Shown: positions 9,026 to 17,295 of the stretch, one piece after another | Layout of the letters: each line of letters starts with the position of its first letter | Numbering within the stretch: position 1 is the first letter of the stretch | From: a virus | Taxonomy: Duplodnaviria > Caudoviricetes | Direction: 5' to 3' (one strand) | DNA length: 28,754 nucleotides | IMG/VR virus record: IMGVR_UViG_3300008251_000023 | Coordinates: 1 to 28,754 of that record | The notes under the pieces: generated by a model | Databases searched by the model: none | What the model was told of the DNA's origin: nothing | Seen by the model: the letters and a program-made list of their open reading frames with translations, nothing else | Position numbers and translations under genes: made by a program

Positions 9026-10048
9026 CTATACAGTTGCAGAGTAAATCACTCCAATACCTTTATTTCTAATTGGCATGGCTAATCCTCTCATTTGGAAACC
9101 ATAAATATCTGATCTTGTTTCAGGGTCTTTTAATTTTGCAAACATATCTACAGTACCTTGACATCTCATAACTTCATCTTTATGAAATGCTACAGAGCAA
9201 ATGGTATCTGTCCCTGCAGCAGCTGCTCCAAATGCTACTTTTGCACCTGTTAAAGAGTTATAAACTGGCATTCTTTTCTTAGCTAATGAATAGATCTTAA
9301 AACCTCCATAAGATGACTCTTTATCAAATACAGTATTATACAATTTTAAATCTTGTTTTCTTAATTGGCTTTTATGTGTAGTTGATAACACAAGAATTCT
9401 ACCTTCAGTAGATACTTCAGCATCATCAAACTTGTTTTCTAAATCTAGAATATCTTCAAATGTTAATGATTTGTGTCCATTTCCATCATTAACTCCAGTA
9501 GTTACTAAGACTGGTGTAAATTCACCATCAGTTGAAGGAGAGTATGCATGAATAGCTTTTTGCATGTATTTCATTCTTAACGCCATTCTATGACCATATA
9601 AAACTGATGCTCGTTTATCATAAGATAATTCAGCAGTTTCAATAGCTGCAATCATTGTGTTTTCAGTATCGTAAGTATCCAATGTTAATTGAATTGGAGA
9701 ATCATCACGTGAAGAAACTGGAATTGGATAAGTAGTATTGTTAATTAGCACCTCAGGATTAACCCCTGCCTCAGCTAAATTGATAACATCATTACTTACA
9801 AATGCACTCATATCTCTAGCTTCACCTAAAAACATATCATCAGCATAAAACCCTTCTAATAAATCAGGCAACCAAATTTCTTTATTTAAACCTACCAATG
9901 CTACACCTGATACTGCAGGTGTTAGTGCACTTGCTAATGTTATAACTCCACCTGTAATTACTAATGGAACCCCAGTTGTTAATGCTACTGCAGTTGATAA
10001 AAATGCTACTGCAACGAATGCAAACGCAATACTTAAAATCTTTTTCAT
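9026..10048 (-). CDS. Major capsid protein with hydrophobic N-terminal leader
   Basis: 340 aa after protease; LNKEIW, INLAEAGVNPEVLINNTTYPI, ELSYDKRASV and GRILVL motifs. Confidence 0.85.
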   Translation of the reverse strand: MKKILSIAFAFVAVAFLSTAVALTTGVPLVITGGVITLASALTPAVSGVALVGLNKEIWLPDLLEGFYADDMFLGEARDMSAFVSNDVINLAEAGVNPEVLINNTTYPIPVSSRDDSPIQLTLDTYDTENTMIAAIETAELSYDKRASVLYGHRMALRMKYMQKAIHAYSPSTDGEFTPVLVTTGVNDGNGHKSLTFEDILDLENKFDDAEVSTEGRILVLSTTHKSQLRKQDLKLYNTVFDKESSYGGFKIYSLAKKRMPVYNSLTGAKVAFGAAAAGTDTICSVAFHKDEVMRCQGTVDMFAKLKDPETRSDIYGFQMRGLAMPIRNKGIGVIYSATV

Positions 10049-10109
10049 TTTCTTTCTCTTAAATTTTCACTTCTTATTTTTGTTAGAACCTTTATAGCGT
10101 TCAATCCTT

Positions 10110-11003
10110 CTATTGTCCTGTAATTTCCTTGTACCTTTCAGGGTCAGTATCTTTGATAGATAACAATCCTGCAGTATCCTTTTTTCTCCAGTCTGCAAAC
10201 GTCCATTTTTCACGATCTTCTTTATCCTTTTTTTCACGTTGCTCATTACCTGCTAAAGTTCCCTTTAACGGTAAACCTTCAATAGTTGATTTAGCTAAAT
10301 CAAAATTTGCTGTAGCTAATTGTTCAAATTGTTCTTTTTTGTCTGCAGTGAATCTACCTTCACTTAAAGCTACAGTAATTAAAGCGTCTACTTTTGCTTT
10401 ATCAATACCTTCTACTTTGGTTTGTAAATCAACATTTTTCGCATTTAGGTTTTGAATTGCTACGTCAACTTCTGACTCAGTAGCAGTTTCTGCTAAACCT
10501 AATGTCACATAACTATTTTTGTTAAGTTTCATTTCTTTATCTATTTTTATTGGTTTTTTAATACTGTTTAAAGCGAGTTTAAATGCTTCATTATCTAACT
10601 TTATTCCTTCACTATCATATAGAACAATAGCATTTGCATTGGATGGCATATCAACAACTGAACATTCATTTACTTCTGCTTCAACTAATGGAATGTCACC
10701 ATCTTTATTCACTGATAAAACTCCAAACCCAATTGAAGCTCCATTTACAAAACCATCATCAACTCTTGATTTTATTTTCAGTGCAAACTCTTCTGATACA
10801 TTATCCATGAAAACTGGCTCAGCTAATAGTTTGCCATTTTCAACTCTAATATTCTCCCATTTACCAACTAACTCTCCATGGTTATATAACATAACAGGGT
10901 TTGCTTTGAAACGCTCTAAGTTCAACTTAGCCATATCAATTGCAAATCCGTAGCTATTTTTGCTACCATCACTTAATACAAATGTTTTTACTTTTTTAGC
11001 CAT
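10110..11003 (-). CDS. Prohead protease with C-terminal scaffold domain
   Basis: NSYGF, FKANPVMLYNH, GASIG, ECSVVDMPSNANA; helical C-terminal half. Confidence 0.9.
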   Translation of the reverse strand: MAKKVKTFVLSDGSKNSYGFAIDMAKLNLERFKANPVMLYNHGELVGKWENIRVENGKLLAEPVFMDNVSEEFALKIKSRVDDGFVNGASIGFGVLSVNKDGDIPLVEAEVNECSVVDMPSNANAIVLYDSEGIKLDNEAFKLALNSIKKPIKIDKEMKLNKNSYVTLGLAETATESEVDVAIQNLNAKNVDLQTKVEGIDKAKVDALITVALSEGRFTADKKEQFEQLATANFDLAKSTIEGLPLKGTLAGNEQREKKDKEDREKWTFADWRKKDTAGLLSIKDTDPERYKEITGQ

Positions 11004-11037
11004 ATAATATTTGGATTTTATAATCCCTTTGAGGTCA

Positions 11038-11069
11038 CAAATTTCAGTTTTATTTAATGGTATTGCAAA
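11038..11069 (-). promoter_or_regulatory. Putative late promoter for protease-capsid-tail operon
   Basis: Minus strand TTTG-N20-GAAATTTG, a variant of the Bacteroidota -33/-7 consensus. Confidence 0.5.
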
Positions 11070-11162
11070 TTACAATTCAACTATGCGTTAATGACTTACG
11101 TGTGGTTAGTTAAATAATTACATTACAAAGAATTTGATTTTTTATTTATCAATAATAGGAGT

Positions 11163-11170
11163 GACCTTTG
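11163..11170 (+). promoter_or_regulatory. Putative late promoter -7 box for terminase operon (probably leaderless)
   Basis: GACCTTTG ends 4 nt before the ATG at 11175. Confidence 0.45.
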
Positions 11171-11174
11171 TGTT

Positions 11175-11615
11175 ATGACTAATGCAGAAAAAAAGACATT
11201 ATCCTACAGTTTATTTGTTAAAAGTTCCTTCAGCAGAAAGGAAATAGCAAAGCAGGTAGGTTGTACAGAAAAGACTTTACGAAAATGGATTAATGATGGT
11301 AAATGGGACAGTATTAGAGATTCACAAAATTTAACGAGTTCTAAATTATTACAAGATTCTTATGCTCAGTTAAAAGCTATTAACAATCATATTAAAGAAG
11401 AACTTAATGGTCTTCCTAACAAAGAAATGTCAGACGCTAAAGCCGTCATAAGAAAAGAAATAGAAGCCTTATCAAACAATCCACTACATAAGTATGTTGA
11501 AGTGTTTACGGAGTTCACGGATTGGATGACACTTAATCACGCCAAACAATCATTAAATATGCTTTCGTTAATAGATGAGTTTATTAACGAATTAGCAACT
11601 AAGGAAGGAATTTAG
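11175..11615 (+). CDS. Terminase small subunit-like HTH protein
   Basis: SRKEIAKQVGCTEKTLRKWINDGKWD helix-turn-helix; precedes large terminase. Confidence 0.8.
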   Translation: MTNAEKKTLSYSLFVKSSFSRKEIAKQVGCTEKTLRKWINDGKWDSIRDSQNLTSSKLLQDSYAQLKAINNHIKEELNGLPNKEMSDAKAVIRKEIEALSNNPLHKYVEVFTEFTDWMTLNHAKQSLNMLSLIDEFINELATKEGI

Positions 11616-11617
11616 AT

Positions 11618-13126
11618 ATGGCAAAATTAAGAGATAAACAAGCGTTTAAAAATTGGAGTTCAAAAGTTCAGTTTCTACAAAGTAAAACAACAATTAACCA
11701 CAATGAAACTAAGCAAGATCAAAAACAAAGAATTGCTAAAGCTAAAGTAGATTATGAATACTTTGTTAAATACTATTTACCAACTTTTGCCACAACCAAA
11801 ACTCCAGACTTTCATGTAAGAGCTGCTAAACGAATTAAAAATAATTCTGAAATATCTATTTGGTTAAAATGGGGGCGTGGTTTAGCAAAGTCAGTTGTTG
11901 GTGATGTAACAGTTCCGCTTTGGCTTTGGATTAATAATGACATCAAATTTATGTTGTTGATTGGTCAGGAAAGTTCAAAAGCCGAAATTTTACTAGATGA
12001 TTTAAGATTACAGTTTGAAGCCAATGAACGTTTAATACATGATTTTGGAATTCAGAAAAACACCGGGCATTGGGAAAGTGGTTTTTTTATTACTAAAAAT
12101 GGATTCATAGCCAAATCAATTGGTATGGGTCAAGAACCAAGGGGATTAAGAGTTGGTGGAGACAGACCTGATTATATAGTATGTGATGATTGGGAAACTA
12201 AAGAAACTTTAAAAAACCCTAAACGTCAAGACGAATACTCCAAATGGTTATTAACTGGTATTATTCCAACTATGGATGGTGATAATCAAAGAGTGGTGTT
12301 GGCTCAAAACCAATTTGCACCACGAATGATTTTTAGTAAAATTGTTGGAGAGAATAGAGGTTGGAAGGTACAGGAGCAAAAAGCATTTGATCCAGTTACA
12401 TTGTTACCGTGTTGGCCTGAAAAGTATCCTGCAGATTATTATATTAAGAAAATTGAAACTGTTGGTACTTTAAATGCAAAAGCCGAATACAATAATGATC
12501 CACATGTAGAAGGTAAGATTTTCACAGATGATATGATTCAATGGACTAAGCTGCCAAGGTTGGATTCATTTAAAGCATTAGTCGGAACTTGGGATGTTGC
12601 TTTTGCAGGGTCTAAAACTTCTGATTACAATGCTGTACGTGTTTGGGGATTAAAAGATGGTAAAAAGTATTTGATTGATTGCTTTGTAAAACAGAGTAAA
12701 ATTAGACCTGCTATTGAGTGGATTGCTAATTATCAATCTAGCCTACCTAAATCCGTGAGTGTACCTTTTAGATTTGAAGCTCAGTTTTGGAATGAAGAGA
12801 TAACTAGAACTATTTCGGAAGTTGAAGCTGATAAAAAACTCCTTTTAAATTTAGTTAAAAGTGATCGTTCAACAAAAAAGAAGTTTGATCGTATTTTAGA
12901 AATGCATCCACAATACCAAAATGGGAGGATTTACTACAACATAAAATTAAAGGATCATAATGATTCAAAAGAAGGCCTTGCTCAGCTGAAAGGAATTGAA
13001 CCAGGATATAAAAGTCATGATGATTCTCCTGATGCAGATAAAGAAGCATTTGATTACTTAGACAGATTTGCAAGAAGTTCGGGTAACACTTTTAAAATGG
13101 GCTTTAGAGAGTCACGTAAATATTAA
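11618..13126 (+). CDS. Terminase large subunit
   Basis: WGRGLAKS Walker A, RGLR...RPDYIVCDD Walker B, WDVA and HDDSPDA nuclease motifs. Confidence 0.95.
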   Translation: MAKLRDKQAFKNWSSKVQFLQSKTTINHNETKQDQKQRIAKAKVDYEYFVKYYLPTFATTKTPDFHVRAAKRIKNNSEISIWLKWGRGLAKSVVGDVTVPLWLWINNDIKFMLLIGQESSKAEILLDDLRLQFEANERLIHDFGIQKNTGHWESGFFITKNGFIAKSIGMGQEPRGLRVGGDRPDYIVCDDWETKETLKNPKRQDEYSKWLLTGIIPTMDGDNQRVVLAQNQFAPRMIFSKIVGENRGWKVQEQKAFDPVTLLPCWPEKYPADYYIKKIETVGTLNAKAEYNNDPHVEGKIFTDDMIQWTKLPRLDSFKALVGTWDVAFAGSKTSDYNAVRVWGLKDGKKYLIDCFVKQSKIRPAIEWIANYQSSLPKSVSVPFRFEAQFWNEEITRTISEVEADKKLLLNLVKSDRSTKKKFDRILEMHPQYQNGRIYYNIKLKDHNDSKEGLAQLKGIEPGYKSHDDSPDADKEAFDYLDRFARSSGNTFKMGFRESRKY

Positions 13127-13131
13127 ATATT

Positions 13132-13542
13132 ATGGTTTTTTTAGTAAAAACAGATTTATTAGATCTAATTGATTTAATCACATTAGACGCTATTCTAGAT
13201 AATGATGACACATTATTAACTAGTACAGAAGGTAGAGCCATTCAAGAAATGACTGGCTACTTAAATATTAGATATGATGTTGTTAAAATATTTGACAACT
13301 CCATTGAAAAAAATGGTTTGATTGTAATGTATTTAAGTGACATATTACTGTATCATTTACATAGTAGAATTGCTCCTGATAACATTCCAGAATTGAGAGT
13401 AAAAAGACATGATGAAGCAAAGGGTTGGCTTGAGAAAGTAGCAGACGGATTCATTGATCCATTATTACCACATAAAACAGCAGAGGAAAAGATACCACTA
13501 CGCCATGGCAGTAGTTCACCAAAACAAAATCATTATTATTAA
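13132..13542 (+). CDS. Mu gp36-like head-tail adaptor (DUF1320)
   Basis: AIQEMTGYLNIRYD, DILLYHL, RHDEAKGWLEKVADG. Confidence 0.85.
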   Translation: MVFLVKTDLLDLIDLITLDAILDNDDTLLTSTEGRAIQEMTGYLNIRYDVVKIFDNSIEKNGLIVMYLSDILLYHLHSRIAPDNIPELRVKRHDEAKGWLEKVADGFIDPLLPHKTAEEKIPLRHGSSSPKQNHYY

Positions 13543-13544
13543 TT

Positions 13545-14699
13545 ATGGCAAAATCAAGACCAAACAAATTAGTAGACAAATTAATTGCTTCTAATCGAGC
13601 AAGAGCAAGAAAAGATATTAGTAACTGGAGAGTTGCTTTACAACAAGCTGAAAACGTTGAAACGCCAAAACGTAGTTTATTGTATAGTTTATATGATGAA
13701 TTAATTTTAGATGCTCATTTGTCTGCAGAGTTTCAAAAAAGAGTATTAGCCATTAGAGGTAGTCAATTTTCAGTTTATAATCAAACAGATGGTGTTGTAG
13801 ATAATGAAAAAACGGAGTTATTATCAAAGCCTTGGTTTTTTGAGTTACTTGATCTATCCATGCAAAGTGTATTTTGGGGTCATTCTTTGGTGCAAATTGG
13901 AGAAATTATTGAAGGTGAAGTAAGTAATGTTACTTTAGTTAATAGACGACATGTTGTACCTGAAAAGGGATTGTTTATTTTTAGAGAAAGTGATGAGAAA
14001 GGTGTATTATTTAGGGAGGATAAAAAATATTCCCCCTGGTTACTTGAAATAGGAACTAAAGATGATTTAGGCCTATTTAACAAAACTGCACCTCACATTT
14101 TATACAAACGTTTTGCTCAAAGTGCTTGGTCAGAATATTGTGAAATCTTTGGAATGCCTTTACGTTATGGTAAAACAAACGTGAAAGATGTTGATAGTTT
14201 GAATCGTATGGAGGATATGATGATAAACATGGGTGCTGCATCATATGCCGTAATTGATGACAATGAATCTATTGAATTTGTTGAAACAACAGGAAGTAAA
14301 GGTGAAGTGTATGACAACTTAATTAACCGTTGTAACTCTGAGGTATCCAAATTAGTAAATGGTGCTGTATTAGGTGAAGCTTCAAAAGGTGGGAGTAGAT
14401 CTAAAGAGGAGGTTGGTGAGCGAATGGGTGATCTAATTACCAATGCGGATAAACAATTCATTGAAGGCTTTATTAATCACACTTTAATACCAAGACTAAT
14501 TGTGTTAGGTTATCCTTTAAACGGTTTTTTATTTAGGTTTGAGCAAAGTAAAAACATTGATGGGTTGTGGAAAATAACCGAAGGACTTTTAGCACATTAT
14601 GATGTGGATGAGGATTTTATTAATAACACTTTTGGAATACCAGTTACCAAGAAAAAAGAAATTAAACCTAACTTAAATACTGGTAACGGAGTTTTTTAA
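13545..14699 (+). CDS. Portal protein (Mu gp29/DUF935)
   Basis: LDAHL, SVFWGHSL, WSEYCEIFGMPLR, NSEVSKLVNG, GGSRSKEEV motifs. Confidence 0.92.
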   Translation: MAKSRPNKLVDKLIASNRARARKDISNWRVALQQAENVETPKRSLLYSLYDELILDAHLSAEFQKRVLAIRGSQFSVYNQTDGVVDNEKTELLSKPWFFELLDLSMQSVFWGHSLVQIGEIIEGEVSNVTLVNRRHVVPEKGLFIFRESDEKGVLFREDKKYSPWLLEIGTKDDLGLFNKTAPHILYKRFAQSAWSEYCEIFGMPLRYGKTNVKDVDSLNRMEDMMINMGAASYAVIDDNESIEFVETTGSKGEVYDNLINRCNSEVSKLVNGAVLGEASKGGSRSKEEVGERMGDLITNADKQFIEGFINHTLIPRLIVLGYPLNGFLFRFEQSKNIDGLWKITEGLLAHYDVDEDFINNTFGIPVTKKKEIKPNLNTGNGVF

Positions 14700-14721
14700 C
14701 AAGCCCTCATAAATTGGGGGC
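14690..14721 (+). promoter_or_regulatory. Putative -1 ribosomal frameshift signal joining portal to MuF
   Basis: A GTT TTT TAA, 6 nt spacer, stem-loop GCCCTCA-TAAAT-TGGGGGC; -1 frame is continuous with the MuF ORF. Confidence 0.7.
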
Positions 14722-15940
14722 AATTATAGATCGTACTTATAAAGGTTGTGGGCATAATCATAATTCTAAATGGGATAACTTAAAAGATGCTTGGTACAAA
14801 GCAACTAAATTGGGTGTGAATGTAAAAGATACTGAAGGTGTTTATTCTGAAATTGATGGATTAGATTCTGGTACCATATCTGAAAAGTTATTTTCACATA
14901 CACGCAAGGAATTAACTAAAAGCGTAAGGTCTGAATTTCCAAATTCAAAATATGGAGATAAAGATTATGCAGTTACTAATAAACTGATCAAAAACATAGA
15001 TACTTTTTCGGCTTATAAAAGTCAAAATTTCTCAAGATTATTAAAGGATGCTACAGATGATCAACGTAACCATATCATGGCCATGTATAGCAGACAATTA
15101 AAGGTTGAATCTACAATGGCTTCAAGAAGTGTTAAAGCTGTATCAGATTGGGAAAAACATATCGATACTGAAGAGCTTTATCCAAACCTTGAATATATGA
15201 GAAGTAGATCTGTAGAAAGAAGGTCAGAACATCTTGAACTCGTTGGAACTGTTAGAGCAATTAATGATCCTTGGTGGAGTACAAATTATCCTCCAAATGG
15301 TTGGAGTTGCAAATGCTGGGTACGTAGTACAGATAAATCTATTACTGCAGGAACACCTTCAAGTGTAAAACCTATTAAAGGTATTAGTGGTAATGCAGGT
15401 AAAAGTCAAACTATATTCAAAGATGATCATCCGTTTATTGCTAATAATGAAAAAATAGGACATACTGTCGTTAAAAACAATTTAGAAAGTTTCAAGCAAA
15501 CCATTCCTTATGGTAAGGCTGATTTTTCTAAAAAACGAAGCAATGTAACGGTTCATACTTATGCAGATCCGTCCGACCTGACTTTGAATTTTGATAATGC
15601 TAAATTACTTGTGGAACAATTACCAAATGTGGATATTAAAATACGTCCACATTCAAACAATGTTAAAACTGGTATTGGTAAAAAGGGTAGAAGTAACCCT
15701 GAATACTTAATAAATGGTAAGTATGCTGATTTAAAAACAATAACAGATCTGAGTGTTGAATCTGCCTATAAAAGTGCTAAAAAACAAGGATGTGAAAGTG
15801 TTGTATTTGAAATAAATAGTGAATTATCAGTTAATGTAGCACGTAGTTTAATAAAAGGGGAAGTATCGAGATACGCTAATGAGTTCAAAGATATCTACAT
15901 TATTAAAGACGGTAAAGTTTATGATTATCACAAAAAATAA
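14714..15940 (+). CDS. MuF (Mu gpF/SPP1 gp7) minor head protein with C-terminal CdiA-like nuclease domain; start uncertain
   Basis: YPNLEY...RSEH...DPWWSTNYPPNGWSCKCWV MuF core; C-terminal NPEYLING-KYADLK...SAKKQGCESVVF. Confidence 0.85.
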   Translation: MGAIIDRTYKGCGHNHNSKWDNLKDAWYKATKLGVNVKDTEGVYSEIDGLDSGTISEKLFSHTRKELTKSVRSEFPNSKYGDKDYAVTNKLIKNIDTFSAYKSQNFSRLLKDATDDQRNHIMAMYSRQLKVESTMASRSVKAVSDWEKHIDTEELYPNLEYMRSRSVERRSEHLELVGTVRAINDPWWSTNYPPNGWSCKCWVRSTDKSITAGTPSSVKPIKGISGNAGKSQTIFKDDHPFIANNEKIGHTVVKNNLESFKQTIPYGKADFSKKRSNVTVHTYADPSDLTLNFDNAKLLVEQLPNVDIKIRPHSNNVKTGIGKKGRSNPEYLINGKYADLKTITDLSVESAYKSAKKQGCESVVFEINSELSVNVARSLIKGEVSRYANEFKDIYIIKDGKVYDYHKK

Positions 15941-15945
15941 GGCAT

Positions 15946-15977
15946 AAAAAAAAGGGTTGGTTTTACTTCTCAACCCT
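15946..15977 (-). terminator. Intrinsic terminator, minus strand only
   Basis: AGGGTTG-N11-CAACCCT stem ending in a U8 run on the minus strand; no U tract on the plus strand. Confidence 0.75.
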
Positions 15978-16020
15978 AAATAGAAGACCTGGACTGCATA
16001 CACAATAACCCTACTGTCCG
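15946..16020 (-). ncRNA. Putative ~75 nt small RNA on the strand opposite the late operon, just downstream of the MuF toxin gene
   Basis: Bounded by a consensus promoter (16024-16053) and a minus-strand intrinsic terminator (15946-15977); 5' stem GGAC..GUCC. Confidence 0.6.
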
Positions 16021-16023
16021 ACA

Positions 16024-16053
16024 CAAAGGTACAACAATTATATTAAATAACAA
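16024..16053 (-). promoter_or_regulatory. Bacteroidota primary-sigma promoter
   Basis: Minus strand TTG-N19-TACCTTTG, matching the Flavobacterium -33/-7 consensus and spacing. Confidence 0.7.
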
Positions 16054-16054
16054 T

Positions 16055-16603
16055 ATGGCAGACTTTAGTGAAATTACAAAACAACTTAAAGGATTAGAGA
16101 AATTCTTAAAAAAGGATGCTAGAATTGTTATTGCTAAAACTGCTGTTGATCATTATACAGATAATTTTGATAATCAAAGTTTTGATGGCAAAAAGTGGAA
16201 AAATGTTAAACGTAGAGATACTAATAGTAGTTGGCTTGGGTTTGAATATGAAGCTCGAACTAAAAAACCTGCCAAACATCCAAGCCGAAATGGGTCAAAG
16301 AAAAAGTACAAACCACGAAAATCAAACCCAATAACAAATTACAGTCCAACGGCTAGAAAAAGACAAATATTAAGTAGTAAGAAGAGTGGACTGGAGAATA
16401 GTATTCAATATAAAATTGAAGCTAACCGCATTCGAATCTTTTCAAATAAAGATTACGCCAAAATTCATAATGAAGGTGGTAAAATTAAAGTATTTGGTAA
16501 AGCTTCAGCTACAATGCCCCAACGTCAATTCATAGGCAGAAGTGTTATATTGGAAAGAAAAATTATTAAAATACTAAAAGAAAAACTTAAAATATATTTA
16601 TAA
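16055..16603 (+). CDS. Virion morphogenesis/tail completion protein (Mu gpG-like)
   Basis: DNFDNQSFDGKKW, LENSI, YAKIHNEGG, MPQRQFIG motifs. Confidence 0.9.
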   Translation: MADFSEITKQLKGLEKFLKKDARIVIAKTAVDHYTDNFDNQSFDGKKWKNVKRRDTNSSWLGFEYEARTKKPAKHPSRNGSKKKYKPRKSNPITNYSPTARKRQILSSKKSGLENSIQYKIEANRIRIFSNKDYAKIHNEGGKIKVFGKASATMPQRQFIGRSVILERKIIKILKEKLKIYL

Positions 16604-17079
16604 TGTACATTAACTATTACAACGCTGTTAAAACACTAATTAATCAAGATTTAAACACTATTAAAACAATTGACTGGTATAATAACCAATACGACAGATT
16701 TAAGGATTTAAAGGCCGTAACATTACCTGCAGTATATATTGAGTTTTCCTCTCCTGCAAATTGGAATACTGCAGGTAATGGATTACAAACTGCAAACATT
16801 GAAATAACGCTGCACTTGGTAAGGTTTGATATTGGAGACAGTCCAGAACTTGCATTGCTTTTAGCTAATGAATTACATAAGTTAATGCATCAATCTATTT
16901 TACTTGAAGGATCTAATCAATTAAGTACTCGATTAACTAGAACCGAAAGCGAATTAATAACTGAATACGATCAATTAAAAGTGGTTAAATTAACATATTC
17001 AACAACAATTTATGATTGTACTACGGCTCCAGTTCAAACAGCAGTTACTCCTATTAGTTTAATTATTGGACAGCAGTAA
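16603..17079 (+). CDS. Tail terminator/neck protein (Mu gp37-like)
   Basis: IDWYNNQY...LPAVYIEF motif; follows gpG. Confidence 0.7.
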   Translation: MYINYYNAVKTLINQDLNTIKTIDWYNNQYDRFKDLKAVTLPAVYIEFSSPANWNTAGNGLQTANIEITLHLVRFDIGDSPELALLLANELHKLMHQSILLEGSNQLSTRLTRTESELITEYDQLKVVKLTYSTTIYDCTTAPVQTAVTPISLIIGQQ

Positions 17080-17280
17080 GTGTAAAGTTGTTTCCTGGTC
17101 ATTCATCAGTAAAACATAATTAACACCATTAGATTTATGTATTGCCTTAGTTCCAAACCCTTCACATATTAAGGGTTTGGTTTCACCTTCTTTTAAGAGT
17201 TTAAATTCTTCTTTAAATGAAAAGTCCGGTGTTGTAATTATTTCGTTTAATTCTAAGTATTCTGCGCTGAATTCTGCCAT
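17059..17280 (-). CDS. Small hypothetical protein, probably leaderless moron
   Basis: 73 aa ORF; TAATTTTG -7 box at 17292-17285, 4 nt before the ATG. Confidence 0.6.
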   Translation of the reverse strand: MAEFSAEYLELNEIITTPDFSFKEEFKLLKEGETKPLICEGFGTKAIHKSNGVNYVLLMNDQETTLHLLLSNN

Positions 17281-17295
17281 ATTTCAAAATTAAAC

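Noticed and set aside
10049-10112. Protease-capsid fusion by readthrough or frameshift
   Set aside because: All three frames hit stops (frame 0 TGA after two codons; capsid frame TGA before its ATG) and there is no slippery site
10129-10953. + strand ORFs 10129-10455 and 10519-10953
   Set aside because: Ser/Phe/Leu-rich antisense shadows of the protease gene
12855-14461. - strand ORFs 12855-13073, 13880-14083 and 14165-14461
   Set aside because: Antisense shadows of terminase and portal
14694-14712. +1 frameshift or stop readthrough at the portal end
   Set aside because: The +1 frame stops after AAC AAG CCC TCA TAA, and frame 0 is not the MuF frame; only -1 joins the genes
16116-16334. 72 aa hydrophobic ORF as MuF immunity or type I toxin
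   Set aside because: Out-of-frame inside gpG; its Leu/Ile richness is expected from shifted AT-rich codons
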